From positions 1 to 15,360 of the forward strand of contig JAVZVY010000020.1 in assembly GCA_038878295.1 (NCBI GenBank): a stretch of 15,360 nt of DNA, in the 5' to 3' direction. Positions 6,858 to 13,175 of this stretch are shown in pieces (position 1 is the first letter of the stretch; the number at the start of each line of letters is the position of its first letter). This DNA is from Candidatus Micrarchaeaceae archaeon. GTDB lineage: Archaea > Micrarchaeota > Micrarchaeia > Micrarchaeales > CABMGC01. The position numbers and the translations under genes were made by a program. Below the pieces are notes generated by a model, which worked only from the letters and a program-made list of their open reading frames with translations, did no database searches and was not told where the DNA came from.

Positions 6858-8534
6858 TCAAGCTTTCATTGCTTCGGAAACGCTTTCTAGCATCTTCTTC
6901 TGACCAACTCCGTATTCCTTGACCTTCTCTATGTCCAAGCCGCTTTTCTTGGCTATGTTCTCCACGACCTTGAGCATGAGGTTTCCGCCAAACTCTATTA
7001 TGCCGCTTGTTATGCGCCGGGTCACTGCATTGCCCTTGCCTTCAGCCTTTGCATCCCTTGCTGCCATCTTTGCGAGATGCCTATATGATGCGTAATATAC
7101 CGCAAGCATGCTCTGCGTGAGCGCTTCCCTGTTTAGAGATCTAGCCTTTATCCTGCCAAGAGGCACGTTGAGCATAGGCGTAACAGTGAACTCGAAGGGT
7201 CTGCCGTCGACGAACGAGTTGCTCAGCTTGTTTATCAGAGCGACTGTGTCCCAGTTGTCCTCGTCAGTCTCGCCCTCCTGGCCAACCTGCACCGTGAATG
7301 CCGGCCGCCAGTAGTATTTGGTTTCTACTTCGACACCCTTCCAGACTATCTCCTGCCAGCTGCCGTCGACGCCTATCTTTAGCGGCAGGGTCTTTGCTGG
7401 CATGTGTCTCTTTGCAAGCTCCTCGCTGCCGGTTTCCAGGCCAGTCTGGACGCCTATCCAGTTGTCAGGACCAGCATGCATGATCTTTGAAAGTTTTTCG
7501 ATAAGTTCGGGGAAGCCAGCTGGTATTGAAATCCTTGCATGTGTAGGGTTTGAGGTCTTTACCCCTGGTATTGACATCACCGCTTGCATAAGCTCTACGA
7601 GCGCTTCCTCGTTAGGCTCGAAGAACTTGCCATGCTTGTAACCGAAGAATTCGTCGCTGTGCAGCCACGCCTTGCTGCTTCCGCCTTCCCTTACATTTAC
7701 CTCTATTTCCTTCCTAATCATGTCCAATGTGTAATATCTTAACGGTCTCAGCGTAACCTCGCAGAAGTCGCATCCAACGCCGCAGCCACGCATCACCTCA
7801 ACCAGCGATTTTATGCTGGGCCTGACTATTGTTGGTATCTTGTCTAGACTAGGATACGCCCCGTAAGAGGTCCTTGCAATGTATCTGTTGTCGTCTACAG
7901 GCACCATGTGGAATGTGCTGTCAAAGGTTATGTAGCCTCTTCTGAACATGTTTGTGTCTATGCTGTCTGTTGCAACCTGTTCGAAGAGCTCGTTTGCAAC
8001 GTCGTCTATCTCGCCTTGCACAGCATAGTCTATATTCTGCTCTGCGAAATCGTCGCTCATTACTGTGAAATCCCAAACACCCGGGCCACCAACTATAAGC
8101 TTTGCCTTTTTTCCAGCTCTAAGCTTGTTTAGATAATTTATTAGATCGTACCATTCTTGGCGCACCCATGCATCCGGATCGCTAAAGAGCGCAGCATAAG
8201 ACATAGTCAATGGGCCTATGCCGTAAGGGTCCATCGTGCTGACGCCTATTACCTCTGTTTTGTCATCTATGAACCTATGCGCGTTGAAAATGTCTGTAAC
8301 CGCTATTTCATCCTTTGAATGCTTCTGCAGCAATGCTGCCTCTAGCTTTCTTACAGAGTATGGCGCATGCAGAAGCTGGCCGTCTGGATATGTCTTTGGA
8401 GGCTTGCCTCTCAGAAAATTGTAGATTGCTCTGGGCACGCTCTTCTTCGGAGCGCTCGGTAGAAAGTCAAGTAGTGGGAAATCCCTAAAAGTATATATTA
8501 GCGTCGAATCCGCTACCAACACGTATTTAGCCAT
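6858..8534 (-). CDS. Archaeal radical SAM protein with a B12-binding-like N-terminal region, function unknown
   Basis: APYSVRKLEAAL, GVSTMDPYGIGP, VGGPGVW, VEVMRGCGVGCDFC (CxxxCxxC), GLETGS. True start is ATG 8534 (MAKYVL), preceded by GGTG; 558 aa. Confidence 0.85.
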   Translation of the reverse strand: MAKYVLVADSTLIYTFRDFPLLDFLPSAPKKSVPRAIYNFLRGKPPKTYPDGQLLHAPYSVRKLEAALLQKHSKDEIAVTDIFNAHRFIDDKTEVIGVSTMDPYGIGPLTMSYAALFSDPDAWVRQEWYDLINYLNKLRAGKKAKLIVGGPGVWDFTVMSDDFAEQNIDYAVQGEIDDVANELFEQVATDSIDTNMFRRGYITFDSTFHMVPVDDNRYIARTSYGAYPSLDKIPTIVRPSIKSLVEVMRGCGVGCDFCEVTLRPLRYYTLDMIRKEIEVNVREGGSSKAWLHSDEFFGYKHGKFFEPNEEALVELMQAVMSIPGVKTSNPTHARISIPAGFPELIEKLSKIMHAGPDNWIGVQTGLETGSEELAKRHMPAKTLPLKIGVDGSWQEIVWKGVEVETKYYWRPAFTVQVGQEGETDEDNWDTVALINKLSNSFVDGRPFEFTVTPMLNVPLGRIKARSLNREALTQSMLAVYYASYRHLAKMAARDAKAEGKGNAVTRRITSGIIEFGGNLMLKVVENIAKKSGLDIEKVKEYGVGQKKMLESVSEAMKA

Positions 8535-8750
8535 CGCTACACCAAATTTTTTCTTGAGTCTATGCAGAAATAAAAAACACGCAAAAGCCAAACCATTCAA
8601 ATTAAAATAAAAAGAATATGGCAAAAAAGATATAAAAAAGTTGGCATGGCAAATAGGCATATGCATTATAAGGCAATTTTGCGCCTTGCGGTATAAGCTA
8701 ACATATAAAAATGTTAAAGGCATAAATCCGATGGTGCGAGTGACTTTGCG

Positions 8751-9353
8751 ATGCCTGAAAGGGTATTTATAGTGCATAGGTGGGGTGGCAGCCCGTATAC
8801 AGACTGGTACATATGGTTTGCCAACATGCTCAAGGAAAGGGGCTTCGAGGCTTTTGTTCCTAAAATGCCAAATCCTTCAAAACCGAGCATAGAAGCCTGG
8901 GTAGACGCGCTTGGCAAAAGCACAAAATATCTCGATAGCCATACATACCTTGTTGGCCACAGCATAGGCTGCCAGACAATACTCAGGTTACTGCAGAAAG
9001 AGTCTTCAGGGCATATAAAAGGCATGCTTTTTGTTGCGCCGTGGCTGCGCCTCAAGGATGCAGCATACGATTCCGACGAAGACAGGGATATTGCTGCACC
9101 ATGGCTTAATACTCCGATAGATTTTGATGCAGTAAGGGCTAAGGTTGGAAGTATAAGAATAATCATGGCTAGAGACGATCCTTATGTGCCCGTTAGCGAC
9201 TCTGCGGTATTTAAAGAAAAGCTTGGTGCAAAGGTAAACATAATGCCGCTTAGTGTGCATTTCACTGAGGATGATGGCTATAAAGAGCTGCACGTTGCGC
9301 TCAATGAGTTCATGAAGCTGGTAAATGATGTTGGGCCGCAGCTGCAGGATTAG
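8751..9353 (+). CDS. RBBP9/YdeN-family alpha/beta hydrolase
   Basis: VFIVHRWGGSP..DWY.W, MPNPSKP, nucleophile elbow GHSIG, DDPYVP (Asp) and HF (His). Confidence 0.88.
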   Translation: MPERVFIVHRWGGSPYTDWYIWFANMLKERGFEAFVPKMPNPSKPSIEAWVDALGKSTKYLDSHTYLVGHSIGCQTILRLLQKESSGHIKGMLFVAPWLRLKDAAYDSDEDRDIAAPWLNTPIDFDAVRAKVGSIRIIMARDDPYVPVSDSAVFKEKLGAKVNIMPLSVHFTEDDGYKELHVALNEFMKLVNDVGPQLQD

Positions 9354-9370
9354 TCTAAAGAAGCGTGCAA

Positions 9371-9754
9371 ATGTTTATGACCGAAGAAAGCAGATATAGG
9401 AAGCTAACAAAAGAAGAGGAATTAGTGATAGTCTACAAGGGCACAGAGAGACCCTTCAGCGGCGAATACTACAAGAATTTCGACAAAGGCACGTACATAT
9501 GCAAAAGGTGCGGCGCTAAACTTTATAGATCTGAAGACAAGTTCGATTCAGGCTGCGGGTGGCCGAGTTTCGACGACGAAATAAAGGGTGCTATAAGAAG
9601 AGTGCCGGATCCTGACGGAATAAGGACCGAAATAGAGTGCGCGAACTGCGGCGCACACCTGGGGCACGTTTTTACAGGCGAACACTTTACGAGAAAGAAT
9701 GTGAGGCACTGCGTTAACTCTATATCGCTTATTTTCTTGCCTGATTCTAAGTGA
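9371..9754 (+). CDS. msrB: Peptide methionine-R-sulfoxide reductase, zinc-binding
   Basis: [15 protein letters not shown] and CANC zinc motifs, [17 protein letters not shown], catalytic RHCVNS. Start uncertain (9365 GTG, 9371 or 9377 ATG). Confidence 0.95.
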   Translation: MFMTEESRYRKLTKEEELVIVYKGTERPFSGEYYKNFDKGTYICKRCGAKLYRSEDKFDSGCGWPSFDDEIKGAIRRVPDPDGIRTEIECANCGAHLGHVFTGEHFTRKNVRHCVNSISLIFLPDSK

Positions 9755-9759
9755 GGGCC

Positions 9760-10278
9760 ATGCAGCAGAAAACCATATACTTTGGCGCAGGATGCTTTTG
9801 GTGTACAGAAGAGGTCTTCAAGCTTTTTGATGGAGTGATTAGCACGACACCAGGCTATGCGGGCGGCCACAAAGAAAATCCTACTTATAAGGAAGTCTGC
9901 TCAGGCACTACAGGCCACGCTGAAGTAGTCAAGATTGTATACGATAGCGCAAAGATAAATTTGGACAAGTTACTTGACATTTTCTTCGCGATGCATGATC
10001 CAACATCGCTTAACAAGCAGGGCGAAGACGAAGGAGAGCAGTATAGATCGACAATAATGTATGTTGATTGCTCTGACCTGAAAACGATAACCAAACACAT
10101 TGAAAAAATAAGCAAGGATTATGAGAAGCCAATTGTTACAAAGGTTGAAAGGCTGAAGAATTTTTACGAGGCTGAGAATTACCACAAGGATTATTATGAA
10201 AACAACAGGTTGCAGCCTTACTGCATGCTTGTGATAAGCCCTAAAATCAGCAAAATAAAGAAGAAATTTGGAGTTTAG
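9760..10278 (+). CDS. msrA: Peptide methionine-S-sulfoxide reductase
   Basis: GAGCFWCTE, GYAGG, PTYKEVCSGTTGHAEVV, HDPT, QYRS, FYEAENYHKDYY, resolving QPYC. ATG 9760, or GTG 9751 overlapping the msrB stop. Confidence 0.96.
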   Translation: MQQKTIYFGAGCFWCTEEVFKLFDGVISTTPGYAGGHKENPTYKEVCSGTTGHAEVVKIVYDSAKINLDKLLDIFFAMHDPTSLNKQGEDEGEQYRSTIMYVDCSDLKTITKHIEKISKDYEKPIVTKVERLKNFYEAENYHKDYYENNRLQPYCMLVISPKISKIKKKFGV

Positions 10279-10302
10279 GCTCAATGTATTGATAAGCATG
10301 AA

Positions 10303-10395
10303 TGGGCCCGGAGAGATTTGAACTCTCGACCTTCCGATTTTTGAGAGCGACGCTCATATCAGTCGGACGCTCCGACCAGGCTAAGCTACGAGCCC
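10303..10395 (-). tRNA. tRNA-Ile(GAT) with an 18-nt intron at 37/38 (intron 10339-10356)
   Basis: GGGCTCG TA GCTT AGCCTGGTCG GAGC G TCCGA CT GAT A [TGAGCGTCGCTCTCAAAA] A TCGGA AGGTC GAGAG TTCAAAT CTCTC CGGGCCC A. BHB with CUGA/UCAA helix and intron hairpin GAGC-GUC-GCUC. Confidence 0.93.
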
Positions 10396-10419
10396 ACATT
10401 TTTAATATGCACGATTCAT

Positions 10420-11391
10420 TTATATTGCTTTTTGCTTCTCCTTTGCGGCTGCAGCGAAGAGCTTCAAATCTGAAAGCATCGCAGGCTCAAGCTTCTTAAG
10501 GCGCAGCACTGCCGCAGGATGAAACGTAAGCATAAGCTTTGCGCCATCCTTTTCGAAGATTTTGCCGTGGTTTTCATTTACGCTTCCTATTCCTAGGATG
10601 GCTTTTCCAGCTACGCTGCCAAGAAGCAAAATGTACTTTGGCTTTATTATAGCTATTTGCCTCTCAAGAAAAGGAAGGCACGCACGCACTTCTGTATCAG
10701 TAGGCTGCCTGTTTCCGGGAGGAAAGAATTGCACAACGCTCGTTATGTATACCTTCTCGCGTTTTATGCCAACCTTTCTAAGCATCGAATCCAGAAGTTG
10801 ACCGCTCCTCCCCACAAACGGCCTTTGCTGGGCGTCCTCCTGCACGCCTGGAGCTTGCCCTATTACCATGATCTTTGCGTCTAGCGGCCCTTCGCCTTTA
10901 ACAAACTTTTTGCTTAATTGCCAGCCTTTTGCCAATGAAAGCTTTTCGTACTCTGCATTTAGCGCATCCATCGCTGCAAGCCTCGATGCATACTCGTCAG
11001 CAGCTTTTACAAGCTCTCTTGTGTCCTTGAACGAAGCCTTGATCATTGCGCTGTCATAATCAAGCCATTCATAGCCAATATGCTCTTTTGATATTCTGAT
11101 TTTGCTGTCTGGCTTCACCTCGCCGAGGAATACAGTAAGTGTCTTAAGCACGCCCACCTTGCCTTCTCTGAAGAAGTATTTGTATACGCGCTTAAAGAAG
11201 GGCTTCACTTCTGGCTCTATGCCTGCTTCTTCCTTAGTTTCGCGCATCGCTGCATCATGTGCGGTCTCGCCCTTTTCTATATGGCCCTTCGGTATGTCAA
11301 GCCTTCCGTCATCGCGCTTAAGGAACAGGAAGAACCTTTTGCCGCCTTCTGTTTTGTATACGAAAATGCCGGCCGAATATTCGAATTTCAT
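10420..11391 (-). CDS. Fusion protein: N-terminal Nudix hydrolase (Ap4A-hydrolase-like) plus C-terminal family-4-like uracil-DNA glycosylase
   Basis: Perfect Nudix box GHIEKGETAHDAAMRETKEEAGI and SKEHIGYEW. UDG motifs GEGPLDAKIMVIGQAPG, RPFVGRSGQLL, PPGNRQP, TFHPAAVLR. ATG 11391 overlaps the upstream stop (ATGA), with GGTG upstream. Confidence 0.88.
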   Translation of the reverse strand: MKFEYSAGIFVYKTEGGKRFFLFLKRDDGRLDIPKGHIEKGETAHDAAMRETKEEAGIEPEVKPFFKRVYKYFFREGKVGVLKTLTVFLGEVKPDSKIRISKEHIGYEWLDYDSAMIKASFKDTRELVKAADEYASRLAAMDALNAEYEKLSLAKGWQLSKKFVKGEGPLDAKIMVIGQAPGVQEDAQQRPFVGRSGQLLDSMLRKVGIKREKVYITSVVQFFPPGNRQPTDTEVRACLPFLERQIAIIKPKYILLLGSVAGKAILGIGSVNENHGKIFEKDGAKLMLTFHPAAVLRLKKLEPAMLSDLKLFAAAAKEKQKAI

Positions 11392-12908
11392 GCATGCACC
11401 ACTCTGCTGGCTATACAATAGGCACTTTTAAGGTAATTAGCTTCTGTTCTGTTCGTATAAAGCGCATTGGGAAAATTTAGCAAAGCTGTGTAAAAGCTGT
11501 CGTAGCCACAAGATATTCCTGCAATGTTCTTTGCAGGCATAACCACATAAGCATCCGCGAAGACTGCACTTTCATTGACTGTGTATGCGAGCTCTGTGCT
11601 GTATACAAAGAACCTTGTGCCGTTCGATTCGACTTCATATATGCTTGATGGAACACCGTTTGTATCCATGGCATTCATGCTTCCGATAAGAGTGGTGTTT
11701 TTGAGAAGATCGCGCGTTATGCTTGCGTTTGGTCGCGTCACAAGCACAACTATCGGGCTTTGGTTTGTAAACGTCTTATTCGAGAGCAAAAACAGGGCGC
11801 TGTCCTGTGTCGCCTCCGAGAAAACTGAAAAATTCATGCCGCTGCCTATCTGTGAAAGATCCGACTGCAGAGGTTTGCTGGAAAGAGGATTGAATGCGGC
11901 GTGGTTGTATATCAGCATTGGAGAGATATTGAGCGCAGTTGAGTAGTCAAGAGTCATTGCAAAATAGGCAAAAGCCAGCGCGGTAACAATAATTATTTGA
12001 GGCAGCGCAGAACGAAGGCTTGCATAGCCAAGCACGTCAGGTTTGCTTTTCTTTTTTGCGGCTGGCATGGCGAGCCCGAAAGTCCAAGCGGCAAAAAACA
12101 TTATAACTATGTCTGCATAGAATGCGAGTATGCCGGCGAAATTGTGGACGAAAGATGCGGCTGCGCTCGGTCCGTTTGCTATCCATACGTAGCCTATTGC
12201 AGACATTCTAGCTACGTTGAGCAGAAGGAGCAGAGCAAATCCGGCAATTATCCAATATATCTTTCTTGAGAGCCGCCCATTGAAGAAGTACGCAATAGGT
12301 ATCATGAAAAAGATTATGCCTATTAGCATGCCTATGCCTGCGCATGTTGTGCCTATACCTATCACGTAGCTGCCAGCTTTGATTGATAGCGGAGGCAAAT
12401 AAACCGCACTTTTGTCAAATGCGTGTATTATGGAGTAGACCACGACGGTGTTGAGGCTTGCAAAATCTTGGTTGAGTCCGATTACTGGCATAAAAAACAC
12501 AGGAGACGCAAAAATTGTGTATATGAGCACGCTCTTGAATTTGTTGATGTTGTCAAAGCCGAAAAGGATTATAGCCATTGCGGCGATGCCTATTGGCAGT
12601 ATGAGCATGTATACCTTGAAACTTATGTAGAGCATTGATAAGAAAAATCTAAGGTACAATGAGATGATGATGAAAGCGCCGAAGAGGCATACGCCGAGAA
12701 CTGTGCTCTTTGCGCTTATTTTAGGCTTAATTTTGTTCTTCCCTAGGAAAAGCGCGAAGAGAGGCAGCATCAACATCGGCACTATCGAGTAGGTCGTTGG
12801 ATCTGTATCCAATATGGAAAATGAGGTTATCGAAAACGCGGTGATGAGCATTACAATGATTGATATGGCAAATACAACAATTCCAACGCCCTCTGCATAA
12901 TGCCTCAT
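11388..12908 (-). CDS. Exosortase/archaeosortase-family membrane transpeptidase with a C-terminal extracytoplasmic domain
   Basis: Multi-TM protein with the catalytic triad in family context: IGTTCAGIG (Cys), LNVARM (Arg), FVHNFAG (His). Hydrophilic C-terminal ~180 aa rich in N-x-S/T sequons. ATG 12908 follows GGTG. Confidence 0.78.
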   Translation of the reverse strand: MRHYAEGVGIVVFAISIIVMLITAFSITSFSILDTDPTTYSIVPMLMLPLFALFLGKNKIKPKISAKSTVLGVCLFGAFIIISLYLRFFLSMLYISFKVYMLILPIGIAAMAIILFGFDNINKFKSVLIYTIFASPVFFMPVIGLNQDFASLNTVVVYSIIHAFDKSAVYLPPLSIKAGSYVIGIGTTCAGIGMLIGIIFFMIPIAYFFNGRLSRKIYWIIAGFALLLLLNVARMSAIGYVWIANGPSAAASFVHNFAGILAFYADIVIMFFAAWTFGLAMPAAKKKSKPDVLGYASLRSALPQIIIVTALAFAYFAMTLDYSTALNISPMLIYNHAAFNPLSSKPLQSDLSQIGSGMNFSVFSEATQDSALFLLSNKTFTNQSPIVVLVTRPNASITRDLLKNTTLIGSMNAMDTNGVPSSIYEVESNGTRFFVYSTELAYTVNESAVFADAYVVMPAKNIAGISCGYDSFYTALLNFPNALYTNRTEANYLKSAYCIASRVVHA

Positions 12909-12928
12909 ACAGCGCACCGAATAATTTT

Positions 12929-12986
12929 GTCCTCAGCCGATATAGGCTTCATCATATTTCAGCAGTTACTCTTTTCTTCATGGGAC
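12929..12986 (-). ncRNA. Box C/D 2'-O-methylation guide sRNA (double guide)
   Basis: Minus strand: GTCCC-ATGAAGA (C)-AAAGAGTAACTG-CTGA (D')-AAT-ATGATGA (C')-AGCCTATATCGG-CTGA (D)-GGAC. Both guides are 12 nt, terminal stem GTCC/GGAC, TATA-like AAATATAAAAA about 25-30 nt upstream. Confidence 0.9.
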
Positions 12987-13026
12987 GTTACTATTTGTTC
13001 TTCTTGCTTTTTATATTTGCGCTTAA

Positions 13027-13113
13027 AGCCAGGAGGGGGATTTTCGTATAGGATATGTCGAACCCCCCTGTGCCGCTCTGCAGGCGGCCGCATAGCCGAT
13101 CTGTCATCCTGGC
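13027..13113 (-). tRNA. tRNA-Cys(GCA) with a 16-nt non-canonical T-loop intron at 59/60 (intron 13041-13056)
   Basis: GCCAGGA TG ACAG ATCGGCT ATGC G GCCGC CT GCA GA GCGGC ACAG GGGGG TTCGAC [ATATCCTATACGAAAA] T CCCCC TCCTGGC T. U73 discriminator. Strict BHB: UUCG/CGAA helix, bulges AC^A and AA^U. Confidence 0.92.
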
Positions 13114-13175
13114 CCATTATTATAAATGTGAAAAGGGATATAAAGATACTCTATAATATTTATAGTGGTGCGTTC
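13114..13175. promoter_or_regulatory. Divergent promoter region for tRNA-Cys and the CBS-HPF gene
   Basis: 62-nt AT-rich spacer with several TATA-like runs (TTATAAAT, GATATAAAG, CTATAATATTTATA) and a GGTG RBS at 13167-13170 before ATG 13176. Confidence 0.5.

Noticed and set aside
8535..8777. 81-aa N-terminal extension of the radical SAM ORF
   Set aside because: Phe-rich translation of an A-rich promoter spacer that overlaps the divergent gene. ATG 8534 has an RBS.
10302..10499. 65-aa plus-strand ORF (MGPERFELSTF...)
   Set aside because: Antisense to tRNA-Ile and the 3' end of the Nudix-UDG gene.
12900..13175. 92-aa N-terminal extension of the CBS protein, and ORF 12860-13051
   Set aside because: Both overlap the C/D sRNA and tRNA-Cys on the opposite strand. 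ATG 13176 has a GGTG RBS.
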